This document shows positions 31,660 to 40,531 of a stretch of 64,000 nt of DNA, in pieces. Both the position numbers and the translations under genes were made by a program. The notes below the pieces were generated by a model. That model was not told the origin of the DNA, made no database searches, and saw only the letters and a program-made list of their open reading frames with translations. Position 1 is the first letter of the stretch, and every line of letters starts with the position of its first letter. Origin of the DNA: Actinomycetota bacterium (GTDB lineage: Bacteria > Actinomycetota > Aquicultoria > Aquicultorales > Aquicultoraceae); contig JAGXSZ010000031.1 of assembly GCA_018333515.1 (NCBI GenBank), positions 17,654 to 81,653 of the forward strand. The letters run 5' to 3'.

Positions 31660-31917
31660 CTATTGATCGAGCTGCCCCTTGTACTCCTCGATTACCGCGG
31701 CTTGGATGCGCTCCCGAGTCTCACTGTTGATAGGATGGGCGATATCCCTGAAATCGCCGTTTGGCAACTTACGGCTGGGCATAGCGACAAATAGGCCTTT
31801 GTCCCCTTCGACGACTCGCAAATCGTGAACGACAAACTGGTCATCGATGGTAATGCTCGCTATCGCTTTCACCTTGTTCATCTCTACCGGTCGAATGCTC
31901 ACCTTTGTAATTTCCAT
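31660..31917 (-). CDS. spoVG: Septation/regulatory protein SpoVG
   Basis: 85 aa: [12 protein letters not shown]...[33 protein letters not shown]...G.FRDIAHPI. Confidence 0.9.
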   Translation of the reverse strand: MEITKVSIRPVEMNKVKAIASITIDDQFVVHDLRVVEGDKGLFVAMPSRKLPNGDFRDIAHPINSETRERIQAAVIEEYKGQLDQ

Positions 31918-31929
31918 ACTTGCGCTCCT

Positions 31930-32319
31930 TTACTGTGTGGTTGCCAACCCGATGGCTGAAATCTCTATCCTAGCGCCCTTTGGCAGAGCTGCGACTTGAA
32001 CCGCTTCTCTGGCAGGCGGCTGTTGGGAAAATATTTCACCGAAAACATCGTTGACGGTTGAAAAATCAGCTATATCGCTCAGATACACCGTCATCTTTAA
32101 AGTCTTGTCAAACGAACTGTTTCCCGCTAAAAGGATGGCTTCGACATTCTTAAGAGCGCGCTGCGTCTGCACTCGCATGTCGCCGTCGACGAGTTCCCCC
32201 GTATTCGGGTCGAGCGGAATCTGACCCGAGACAAAGACGAGGTTCTCGGCCCGTATCCCCTGCGAATATGGTCCCACGGGAAGCGGTGCGCCTTCGGTTA
32301 TTATCGTTATCTTATTCAT
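31930..32319 (-). CDS. ridA: RidA/YjgF-family reactive intermediate deaminase
   Basis: 129 aa with PVGPYSQG...VFVSGQIP and PAREAVQVAALPKGARIEI. Confidence 0.9.
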   Translation of the reverse strand: MNKITIITEGAPLPVGPYSQGIRAENLVFVSGQIPLDPNTGELVDGDMRVQTQRALKNVEAILLAGNSSFDKTLKMTVYLSDIADFSTVNDVFGEIFSQQPPAREAVQVAALPKGARIEISAIGLATTQ

Positions 32320-33061
32320 GTCGACCCCCAGAGAGAACTGCTTCGACCAATTTTAAATCCGATTCTTTGTCGACATCGACCCCTATCTCTATAAACGGCG
32401 TCTCAATCCCCGCGCATGTGGCGTTTAACACATCGCCCACTCGTTGCTCCATCCGGCGAATGTCGAGCATCCCCAGAAAGAACCCGACCAGAAACCAAAA
32501 ACCAAGTATTTGAAAGAGCTTCATCGGGCTCTTTCGCATATCATAAACGTCTTCCATCAAATCCATGTTCTTCGAGACCACGACCGGGTTCATAAGCATA
32601 ATATTCCCCCCCGTGAATCTTCCTTCCCGCAAACGGACATAGGTCCGCTTCATGCCGGGAAAACGGCGCTCGGGCTCACCGTAACGGATAATCGGATAAC
32701 ATATATCGACATCGCGTTTTGCGCATCGAAGCAGAAAATCGCCGACGGCCTCAACGGTTACCAACGGGATATCGGCCGAGAGCATAAGGACCGGCTTCTT
32801 CGCCGCCAAAGACTCAAAACCGGCCTTTGCCACTTGCGGCAAACTACCACTCGCGACCTTGATCGTTACCCGGTCATCCATATGAGACGTTCCCTCTTCG
32901 GAGGGGAGCACTACGCAAATCCGGCCGATATCGGCGCAACTCAAAAGAGTCTCGACAATATATTCATACATGGGCCTGCCGTTTATCGGGACCATTCCTT
33001 TGGCCGCAACCGGCGCGAGCCCACGAGCATTGCCTCCGGCCAGGACAATCGCGTCTACCAA
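32312..33061 (-). CDS. MobA-like nucleotidyltransferase-family protein (substrate unknown)
   Basis: 249 aa with an N-terminal AIVLAGGNARG...K.M..I.GRPM signature of NTP_transf_3-type enzymes. It overlaps ridA by 8 nt. Confidence 0.6.
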   Translation of the reverse strand: MVDAIVLAGGNARGLAPVAAKGMVPINGRPMYEYIVETLLSCADIGRICVVLPSEEGTSHMDDRVTIKVASGSLPQVAKAGFESLAAKKPVLMLSADIPLVTVEAVGDFLLRCAKRDVDICYPIIRYGEPERRFPGMKRTYVRLREGRFTGGNIMLMNPVVVSKNMDLMEDVYDMRKSPMKLFQILGFWFLVGFFLGMLDIRRMEQRVGDVLNATCAGIETPFIEIGVDVDKESDLKLVEAVLSGGRHE

Positions 33062-33232
33062 TACTTGCCACCTCTAAACTTCTATTGGGTGTTACATATT
33101 CGTTATTCTTACCTGTTTTTCCTCTAGTTTAGATGAAGTTTGCTCAAAGAATCTCAACATATCGACGGAAAACTTCAAATTGCGGTCGGCGCTTCGTCCA
33201 ATATCGGCGCTCCAGCCGACGCTTGGCGCCTC

Positions 33233-34129
33233 TTACACCAGTTCCACACCGGTACGCGCCGGTTTTACAACCTCCACAAAGAACGAGCTGTCGTGGAGGC
33301 GCATAGCCCGCGCGACCTCGAGCGCCGCAACCTCATCGCCGCAGAGCGCGAAGACCGATGGGCCGCTTCCCGACATCAACGCCGCAAGCGCCCCGGACGC
33401 AAGCGCTATATCTTTGGCCTCTAAAATTATGGGATAGCGTTTGAGCACTACATATTCGAGAAGATTGTTGAGTGAACCCGCGATGCCTCGGGCGTCGCCG
33501 TGGTAAAGCGCGCTCAATATCTCGTCTTTTTTCCCAAGCGGCGCCGGCCCCGCCTCATCGAACTGACGGTAGACCTCCGCGGTAGAGACAGGCATCGGTG
33601 GGGTCGCTATTACCAGCGAAACATCGGGCACCGGTGTCAGGGACGCCAGTATCTCGCCTTTGCCCTCGGCCAGCATAGTGCCGCCGATAAGGCAGAACGG
33701 TACGTCGGCACCGATTCTAGTCGCTATCTCTTTGAGATACTCGCTTGAAAGGTCGAGGCCCCATAGACGGTCGAGGCCGAAAAGCGTCGCGGCCGCATCG
33801 GCGCTTCCTCCCGCCAATCCGGCCGCGATGGGAATGTTCTTCTTGATGCTTATGCGAGCGCCCGCCCTAACACCGGTCTGCTCCCTCAACTCCAGCGCCG
33901 CCCGATACGCCAGGTTGGTCGTTCCGCTTAAGCCCCCCGCGGTACAACGCACGTCGATGACCGGATAGGGCGCTTCGGATATTTCGAGCAAATCATGGAG
34001 TGAGACGCTTTGCATGATACTTACAATCCGGTGGTATCCGTCGGGATAGCGCGAGATTACGTCGAGGTAAAGGTTTATCTTGGCGAAAGCCTTAATCGTA
34101 AGCAAATTTTTGCTGGTCTCAGCCGTCAT
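33233..34129 (-). CDS. ispE: 4-diphosphocytidyl-2-C-methyl-D-erythritol kinase
   Basis: 298 aa with AFAKINLYLDV, the GHMP-kinase motif IPIAAGLAGGSADAAA and MSGSGPSVF. Confidence 0.9.
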   Translation of the reverse strand: MTAETSKNLLTIKAFAKINLYLDVISRYPDGYHRIVSIMQSVSLHDLLEISEAPYPVIDVRCTAGGLSGTTNLAYRAALELREQTGVRAGARISIKKNIPIAAGLAGGSADAAATLFGLDRLWGLDLSSEYLKEIATRIGADVPFCLIGGTMLAEGKGEILASLTPVPDVSLVIATPPMPVSTAEVYRQFDEAGPAPLGKKDEILSALYHGDARGIAGSLNNLLEYVVLKRYPIILEAKDIALASGALAALMSGSGPSVFALCGDEVAALEVARAMRLHDSSFFVEVVKPARTGVELV

Positions 34130-34174
34130 TGGTTCACCAGGCCCCGTAATCCGTCGTCAAGCCTAAACTCGATA

Positions 34175-34465
34175 TTATTGAATGAGCCAAGGTAGTAAGT
34201 TTTCCCCGTTATCGGGGTTTGAAAGTTCGACCGTCTTGGTCAAAACGTCGGCGTAGCTATAAGAGACCCTCCTGCAACGATCCCTCTTCTCCTCGACTTT
34301 GACGACGAACAAATTAGGGTGTGTCTCTTCAAGAACACCCTCTCTTTCTATGATTTTGCAGCGCCCCATATTTGCCTTAAGACGCATTTTTTCGCCTACG
34401 AACTCGTCAAGCTCCTTCCGAATACGATCGACGACTTCGGCATGGGGCACTTGAATTAATGCCAT
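34175..34465 (-). CDS. veg: Veg-family protein (DUF1021)
   Basis: 96 aa with IRKELDEFVGEKMRLKANMGR.K..EREGVLEETHPNLFVV...SYSYADVLT. RBS GAAGGAGAGG. Confidence 0.85.
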   Translation of the reverse strand: MALIQVPHAEVVDRIRKELDEFVGEKMRLKANMGRCKIIEREGVLEETHPNLFVVKVEEKRDRCRRVSYSYADVLTKTVELSNPDNGENLLPWLIQ

Positions 34466-34496
34466 CGCTATTATCCTCTCCTTCAGATACCCACCA

Positions 34497-34525
34497 ATTA
34501 TATATCAAAATCGCAAAAACTACAA
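34497..34525 (-). promoter_or_regulatory. Candidate sigma-A-type promoter of veg
   Basis: Minus strand: TTGTAG (34525-34520), 17 nt spacer, TATAAT (34502-34497), about 30 nt upstream of the veg ATG. Confidence 0.45.
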
Positions 34526-34676
34526 GTTTACCTTGAGCGGTAATCAAATGCAAGAATATCTTCGCCAATATTTTTTATACGACAAAGTACGGTCAAATCC
34601 TTCTTTATTAATAAAATTTTGAAACATTCGCGGATATTCTTGCAACCTCGTCGTTGCTTGAGAGACATGCGCAAAA

Positions 34677-35540
34677 CTACCTATGCGTCTCCTTATAGAT
34701 GACGTCCGCTATACGCGCAAACTCATCTATTGAAAGCGTCTCTCCGCGGCGCAGCGGGTCGATGCCGGCTCGATGGAGCAGCTCACCTAAGGTAGAGGGG
34801 TCGAGACGGAGCGGCTCACTCCCGGCCAGAGCATTCTTTATGGTCTTTCTCCGCATCCCGAAAGCACCTTTGACGACCGCGAAGAAGAGGTCGCGGTCGA
34901 CTACGTCCGCGCTCGGCTCGACATAACGCTCCATCTTGATAACCGCCGACCGCACCTCCGGTGGAGGGATAAAGACGTTTCTCGATATCGTCGCGACCTT
35001 GTTTATATCGCAGTAGAACTGCGCTTTTACCGAAAACACGCCATAATCCCGAGTCGCGGGTTTTGCCGTGACCCTATCGGCGACTTCTTTTTGGATCATG
35101 ACCACATAAAGCTTTAGTTCTTCGAAGTTGTCGAGATAGCCGGCGAGAAGCGGTGTCGCTATTTGATAAGGAAGGTTCGCCACCAGCTTGTTTGGAACCG
35201 GCAGACCTCCTGGAAGGTGCGGCAAGTCCGCCTTGAGCGCATCGATAAAGACCACCTCGGCATTGGGGAAGTCTTTGAGCGTGTATTCGAGGACCGGCTC
35301 TAGCCGCCGGTCGAGTTCGAGCGATATGACTTTGCCCGCTCGTTCGGCCAAGGCCTGGGTAAGGGTTCCGATGCCGGGGCCGACTTCGAGAACGACGTCG
35401 TCGGCCGAGAGGTCCGCGGCGTCGACGATTTTATTTAGGATATTCTGGTCTACCAAAAAATGTTGCCCCAGGCTCTTATCGAGCCTGAGGCTAAATTTTT
35501 TGACAACTTCCAGTGTCGCGTGTGGCGTAGCTAGAGTCAC
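34677..35540 (-). CDS. rsmA: 16S rRNA (adenine1518/1519-N6)-dimethyltransferase
   Basis: 287 aa with K.LGQHFL.D, the SAM motif VLEVGPGIGTLT and NLPYQI. Confidence 0.95.
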   Translation of the reverse strand: MTLATPHATLEVVKKFSLRLDKSLGQHFLVDQNILNKIVDAADLSADDVVLEVGPGIGTLTQALAERAGKVISLELDRRLEPVLEYTLKDFPNAEVVFIDALKADLPHLPGGLPVPNKLVANLPYQIATPLLAGYLDNFEELKLYVVMIQKEVADRVTAKPATRDYGVFSVKAQFYCDINKVATISRNVFIPPPEVRSAVIKMERYVEPSADVVDRDLFFAVVKGAFGMRRKTIKNALAGSEPLRLDPSTLGELLHRAGIDPLRRGETLSIDEFARIADVIYKETHR

Positions 35541-35565
35541 TGTGGCTCCATCGCCTCGTAGTAAC

Positions 35566-36591
35566 CTATTCCAGGATGGTAACTTTTACATCCCGTCGGC
35601 CAAACTTAAAGCATTCCCCCGGTGTGTTATAGCACAGGTCGATACGATTTCCTTTAATCGCTCCACCGGTATCCGCTGCGATCGCTTCGCCATAACCTTC
35701 GACATACACCCTTGTGCCCAGAGGAATAACTCTCGGGTCTACCGCGACGACGCCTCTCTGTGCTCTCATGCCGCTAGCGGTTATGCTGCCGACGCCCGGG
35801 CCGTAATTCGGCGCATAGGCGGTAGCTTCCATAACAACCGTCTTTCCGGCGGGAGCACGAGTAGCCCCTCGCGATACACTGGACCCTACCAATCGGGCGA
35901 CCTTACGTTTTGTGCCGACCGCCACCACCTCGCTCGACGGCGGCGTCACAACACTCTGAGATTTAACACTTCTCGTGACCGGCCGGTCGCCTTCGTACAC
36001 AACTTCGACAATCTTTACGAGCAAACCTTGCTTGCCCGCCGCTACGACCTTCTTCTTCCCATAATCGAGACCCGCGTCCGTCTTGTTTACGGTCTCATAA
36101 GGAATAGTGGTCTTGGTGACTTCAAACTTGCTCGTCACCAGCGCTACGTTAATCGCTAAGCCTGCCTTGAGCCTCGTGTCGATACTCGGCTCCACTTTAT
36201 CGGCGGGCTTTAGACGTAACCCGATGTCTTCCAGGGCTCCTCCAACGGTGCCGTTAGTCGACATCACTCCAAATTCAGCTTCGTTGATTCTTATTTTCAA
36301 TGGTACGGCTTGTTGTATTTTTACTGTCATACCCTCCCTAACTCGGTCGGAGGGTTCGGGCGTTACTTCGTCTGATGCCTTGATCGTTACGCCGTTTTCG
36401 TTCAATACAGCAGCCACAGTCCGGCCTCGCGTCGTTATCGTCTTCGCCTCTCCATCGATGACCAGGTTTACTTTAGCTTCACTGTAAACCATATCCATCA
36501 AGACAAGTACCATAATTAGCGCGAGAAGAAGCACTTCGTACTTTCTTACACCAAAACCGCCGGCTAGCTGAGGAAAACGTGCCTTCATCAA
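35566..36591 (-). CDS. YabE/RpfB-architecture protein: TM - 2x DUF348 - G5 - 3D domain
   Basis: An N-terminal TM segment and two ubiquitin-like DUF348 repeats (DGE.KTITTRGRTVAAVL; the second ends AINV). A G5 domain (TIPYETVNKTDAGLDYGKKKVV.AGKQG) and a C-terminal 3D domain (ATAYAP...TASGM....GVVAVDPRVIPLGTRVYVEGYG.A.AADTGGAIKGNRIDL) follow. Confidence 0.85.
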   Translation of the reverse strand: MMKARFPQLAGGFGVRKYEVLLLALIMVLVLMDMVYSEAKVNLVIDGEAKTITTRGRTVAAVLNENGVTIKASDEVTPEPSDRVREGMTVKIQQAVPLKIRINEAEFGVMSTNGTVGGALEDIGLRLKPADKVEPSIDTRLKAGLAINVALVTSKFEVTKTTIPYETVNKTDAGLDYGKKKVVAAGKQGLLVKIVEVVYEGDRPVTRSVKSQSVVTPPSSEVVAVGTKRKVARLVGSSVSRGATRAPAGKTVVMEATAYAPNYGPGVGSITASGMRAQRGVVAVDPRVIPLGTRVYVEGYGEAIAADTGGAIKGNRIDLCYNTPGECFKFGRRDVKVTILE

Positions 36592-36650
36592 ATCAGTCCC
36601 TTCAGCTTGCTTATTAAGTTGTCAAGGCACAATCGCAACGAGTGCCTGTC

Positions 36651-36679
36651 ATTATAGCACAATCGGTTTCGTTTTGAAA
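36651..36679 (-). promoter_or_regulatory. Candidate extended -10 promoter of the yabE-like gene
   Basis: Minus strand: TTTCAA (36679-36674), 17 nt spacer ending in TGc, TATAAT (36656-36651). The leader downstream can form AGGCAC...GTGCCT and then carries GAAGGGA before the ATG. Confidence 0.5.
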
Positions 36680-36799
36680 AACTTAAATGACGGGCACGGT
36701 ACGGCATCGACAGAAACACGGCGATTATTCGAGTCGCCCAACGCTGAGACCCGAATATTAGACGATGTAACCCGCGTCGATACAATATAAGCGGACTAT

Positions 36800-37579
36800 T
36801 TAAGCGATGCCGAAGAGAAGCCGTATGTTTTCCTGCGTCGATGCCTCGACCGCCGAAACGTCGATCTCTTTGAGTTCGGCGATCTTCTCCGCGACCAAGC
36901 GCACATGCGCGGGCTCGTTTTTGCGGCCCCGGTACGGGTGAGGTGTAAGATACGGTGAATCGGTTTCGACGAGGAGTTTGGTCAAAGGAACGAATTTGGC
37001 TATACCGGCCAATGCGCCCGCGTTTTTGAACGTGACGGGGCCGGCGATCGATATATAGAAATTCATGGCGAGAACTTTTTCGGCAAACGCCAGGTCTCCA
37101 CTGAAGCAGTGAAAGACCCCCTTTTTGGTCCCATGTTTGATAAGCGCCCCCATAACATCCGCATCCGCATCGCGATCGTGGACTATGACCGGCAATTTCA
37201 ATTTCTTGGCCAGCTCGAGCTGTTGCTCAAAGACTTTCCGCTGCACCAGATGGGGCGAGTGGTTCTTATGGTAGTCGAGTCCTATCTCCCCTATTGCCAC
37301 GACCTTCGGCTCTTTTGCCAGGCGCTCCAACTCTTTGAGCGTCTCGGGGTTGACGTCGCTCGCGTTGTGGGGATGGACGCCGACCGCGGCGTATACCTCA
37401 CTGTACTTCCGGGCCAGCTCGACGACCCTATAGCTGCTCTCAAGACTATCCGCAATCGTGATTATACCGGTTACACCGTTCTCGGCCGCGCGCGCCAATA
37501 CTTTTTCTATCTTAGGCTCTGAGCCATAGAAATCCAAATGCGCATGGCTATCGGTCAAACCGCCTCTTTTATTACCCAT
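36800..37579 (-). CDS. tatD: TatD-family metal-dependent hydrolase/DNase
   Basis: 259 aa with TDSHAHLDF, AIGEIGLDY, VIVHDRDA, GVFHCFSG and ETDSPYL. Confidence 0.9.
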   Translation of the reverse strand: MGNKRGGLTDSHAHLDFYGSEPKIEKVLARAAENGVTGIITIADSLESSYRVVELARKYSEVYAAVGVHPHNASDVNPETLKELERLAKEPKVVAIGEIGLDYHKNHSPHLVQRKVFEQQLELAKKLKLPVIVHDRDADADVMGALIKHGTKKGVFHCFSGDLAFAEKVLAMNFYISIAGPVTFKNAGALAGIAKFVPLTKLLVETDSPYLTPHPYRGRKNEPAHVRLVAEKIAELKEIDVSAVEASTQENIRLLFGIA

Positions 37580-37655
37580 CGGCCTCCGATCTCACACATA
37601 AAAGTAACCCTCAGAGCAACAACTACACCACAATACTATCCAACTTGGCAAGAGT

Positions 37656-39233
37656 TTATGCGTCTTCTTCTATCTCGATTCGAGGAAAGAGCGGCGGCGC
37701 TTTCTTGACCGATGTGCCGGAGGCTAGACCGTCCCAGCTCTTAGCGTCCTCGAAAGAGAGTTCCTCGAAGCCCTCCTGCCCGAGCCGGCTCCATATCTGA
37801 GCGGCGGTCTTCGGCATCACCGGAGTTAGGTTGAGTGCGACGATACGAATACTCTCCAGGAGCGTGCGCATCACGGTTGCGAGCCGCTCGGCCTGTCCTT
37901 CTCTAGCCAGCGCCCAAGGGGCCGCTTCATCGATATATTTATTGGCTTTGCCGACTACCTTCCATATCCGCACAAGCGCCTCTCGAATATCAATCCTATC
38001 CATCGCTTCCCCGACGGCATCGGCTAGACCGAGCGCTTCGTTTTTTAAATCCGCGTCGATCGGGCCTACCTCCCCCGCCTCGGGAATCGCTCCCTCGAAG
38101 TATTTCATCATCATCGCCACCGTGCGGTGGACGAGGTTGCCGAGGTCGTTGGCGAGGTCGCCGTTGATCCTGCGCACGACGGCGTCTTTGGTGAACTCAC
38201 CATCGAGCCCCAGGCCGATCTCGCGCAAGAGAAAATAACGGATGGTGTCCTCTCCGAACTCGTCTATCAACTCGTTGGGGTCGACTACAATGCCTTTGGA
38301 TTTCGAGATCTTTTCGCCGCCGAGCGTCCAGAAACCGGTGGCCAATACTTTTTTGGGAAGCTCGACGCCGAGCGCCAGCAGCATTATGGGCCAGATAACC
38401 GCATGGAAGCGGATGATGTCTTTGCCGATGACATGGATGTCCGCGGGCCAGTATTTCCGATATTTCTCATCGTCTTGGAGGTAGCCGCTACCGGTAATGT
38501 AGTTGATTAGCGCGTCGAACCAGACATATATGATGTGCTTCGAATCGAAGGGTACGGGTATGCCCCATTGAAAGGTCGTGCGCGAAACCGATATGTCTTG
38601 GACGCCGCCCTCCATGAAACTCAAAACCTCGTTGCGGCGAAAATCGGGCTGAACGAAGTCGGGATGCTTTTCGATATGCGTCAGGAGAGCTTCCTGATAT
38701 TTGGAGGTCCTGAAATAATAGCTCTCCTCTTTCAGCCATTCGACCTCGCGGCCGCATTCGGGACAGCATCCGCCGACAAGTTGAGCTTCGGGATAAAAAG
38801 TCTCTTCATGGACACAGTACCAGCCTTCATACAGCCCCTTATAAATATCCCCTTTATCATAGAGCGCCTGGAAGATGCTTTGTACGACCTCGATATGTCG
38901 CTCCTGCGTCGTTCTTATAAAATCGTCGTACGATATGTTCAGCTTTTTCCATAACGATTGCCACGGTTCGACCATTCGATCGGAGTGCTCTTGAGGAGAG
39001 AGCCCTTTTTCACGCGCGGCCTTCTCTACTTTCTGGCCGTGTTCGTCGGTGCCGGTCAAAAACAGCACGTCATAGCCGGTAAAACGCTTGTACCTAGCCA
39101 TAACGTCCGCGATTATAGTCGAATATCCGTGTCCGATATGGGGAACATCATTAACATAGTAGATAGGCGTCGTTACGTAAAAAGCCTTCCTTGACAAGTT
39201 AAAATCTCCCCGCGCCTGTTGTAAAAATTTCAC
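37656..39233 (-). CDS. metG: Methionine--tRNA ligase (short form, no C-terminal EMAPII/Trbp111 domain)
   Basis: 525 aa with the HIGH motif (PHIGHGYS), a zinc knuckle (CPECG) and the KMSKS variant KISKSKG. The true start may be slightly downstream of 39233. Confidence 0.9.
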   Translation of the reverse strand: MKFLQQARGDFNLSRKAFYVTTPIYYVNDVPHIGHGYSTIIADVMARYKRFTGYDVLFLTGTDEHGQKVEKAAREKGLSPQEHSDRMVEPWQSLWKKLNISYDDFIRTTQERHIEVVQSIFQALYDKGDIYKGLYEGWYCVHEETFYPEAQLVGGCCPECGREVEWLKEESYYFRTSKYQEALLTHIEKHPDFVQPDFRRNEVLSFMEGGVQDISVSRTTFQWGIPVPFDSKHIIYVWFDALINYITGSGYLQDDEKYRKYWPADIHVIGKDIIRFHAVIWPIMLLALGVELPKKVLATGFWTLGGEKISKSKGIVVDPNELIDEFGEDTIRYFLLREIGLGLDGEFTKDAVVRRINGDLANDLGNLVHRTVAMMMKYFEGAIPEAGEVGPIDADLKNEALGLADAVGEAMDRIDIREALVRIWKVVGKANKYIDEAAPWALAREGQAERLATVMRTLLESIRIVALNLTPVMPKTAAQIWSRLGQEGFEELSFEDAKSWDGLASGTSVKKAPPLFPRIEIEEDA

Positions 39234-39254
39234 TTAATTCTATAATAGTCTGCG

Positions 39255-39283
39255 TTGACACAAATTTTCCTCAACCATATAAT
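39255..39283 (+). promoter_or_regulatory. Consensus sigma-70/sigma-A promoter of abrB
   Basis: TTGACA (39255-39260), exactly 17 nt, TATAAT (39278-39283). GGAGG lies 7 nt before the ATG at 39325. Confidence 0.75.
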
Positions 39284-39324
39284 TGATGCAACCACTTGTC
39301 AAGGAAAGCAGCAGGAGGTACACC

Positions 39325-39576
39325 ATGAAGTCCACCGGCATTGTGAGGCGTGTAGACGAACTAGGAAGAATAGTAATACCCATGGAGCTAAGACGAACAT
39401 TTGGCATAGAGATCAAGGACCCCTTAGAGATCTTTGTCGACGGTGATTCTATCGTCTTATCCAAGTATCAATCGGTCTGTGTCTTTTGCGGAAGCGGCAC
39501 CCGGATCGAAACTTTTAAAGGCAAAAATGTCTGCCAAGACTGCAAAAAGGAGCTTCTGATAGATCGAAAAGTATAG
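39325..39576 (+). CDS. abrB: AbrB-family transition-state regulator with C-terminal CxxC...CxxC
   Basis: MKSTGIVRRVDELGRIVIPMELRRTFGI (SpoVT/AbrB swapped-hairpin domain), then CVFC-x14-CQDC. I chose the start at 39325 (GGAGG RBS) rather than the ORF-track 39283. Confidence 0.9.
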   Translation: MKSTGIVRRVDELGRIVIPMELRRTFGIEIKDPLEIFVDGDSIVLSKYQSVCVFCGSGTRIETFKGKNVCQDCKKELLIDRKV

Positions 39577-39662
39577 CGGACAACAGTGGAGTAACCGGTA
39601 GGAAGAACCGGCGGCCCTGCGATATAGCATGGATGTAGCGTCAATGGGCCTGTCTCAAGAGT

Positions 39663-40508
39663 CTACGTGTGGATATCCTTAACGGACTCGTAGACTATAC
39701 GCTTGCCGACACCCAAACCTTTAGCTACCTCGAAAATCGCCTGCTTCTTTGGCATACCTTCGTTCATGAGACCGACAACCGCGGACCTTAAACCATCGGC
39801 CTCCAATATTCGGGGACGTTTTTCTTTTGACGGCGCTATCAACAGAACCACCTCTCCCCTTATCTCGGTCGCATCTAAGCGCTCGAGCATTTCGCCCGCC
39901 GTACCCCTGAGAACTTGCTCGAATTTCTTGGTCAGCTCCCGCGCCGTGACTACTTCGCGGTCGGCATCGAACTCGGCGATTTCCCGGAGCGTGGCTTTGA
40001 GGCGACGGGGTGACTCGAAGAGTACCACGGTGCGCTTCTGCCCCGCCAGCTCGGCCAAGAGCGCGGTGCGCTCCCCTTTTTTGCGCGGCATGAACCCCTG
40101 AAAAACAAAGCTATCGGTAGGTAGGCCCGAAATGACGAGCGCGGTGATAAGCGAGGACGCGCCCGGAACCGCCTCCACCGCAATCCCTCTGTCGATACAA
40201 CGCTTGATAAGCTTGTGTCCGGGGTCTGAAATGCCCGGCATGCCGGCATCCGAGACGAGCGCGACCGTTGCGCCCGACTCGATCAAAGCGACGAGCGCGC
40301 CGGCTTTGGCCGCCTCGTTGTGCTCGTGGTAGCTGGTCAATTTGGTATGTATGTCATAGTAGCTGAGGAGCTTGCGTGTGTGCCGCGTATCCTCGGCGGC
40401 GATGTAGTCGGCCTCCTTAAGAATGCGAAGCGCGCGGAGGGTGATATCTTCGAGGTTTCCTATGGGTGTTGCGCAGATATAGAGCTTTCCATTCTCCCCA
40501 GACACCAT
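39663..40508 (-). CDS. rsmI: 16S rRNA (cytidine1402-2'-O)-methyltransferase
   Basis: 281 aa with LYICATPIGNLEDITLRA...AEDTR and SDAGMPGISDPG, the tetrapyrrole-methylase-fold RsmI motifs. Confidence 0.9.
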   Translation of the reverse strand: MVSGENGKLYICATPIGNLEDITLRALRILKEADYIAAEDTRHTRKLLSYYDIHTKLTSYHEHNEAAKAGALVALIESGATVALVSDAGMPGISDPGHKLIKRCIDRGIAVEAVPGASSLITALVISGLPTDSFVFQGFMPRKKGERTALLAELAGQKRTVVLFESPRRLKATLREIAEFDADREVVTARELTKKFEQVLRGTAGEMLERLDATEIRGEVVLLIAPSKEKRPRILEADGLRSAVVGLMNEGMPKKQAIFEVAKGLGVGKRIVYESVKDIHT

Positions 40509-40531
40509 AACTCCTTCATAGGCGACGCACT

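Noticed and set aside
39234-39324. T-box leader upstream of metG, as in many Firmicutes
   Set aside because: Only about 90 nt separate metG from the divergent abrB start, and part of that is the abrB promoter. This is too short for a T-box, and no T-box consensus string is visible.
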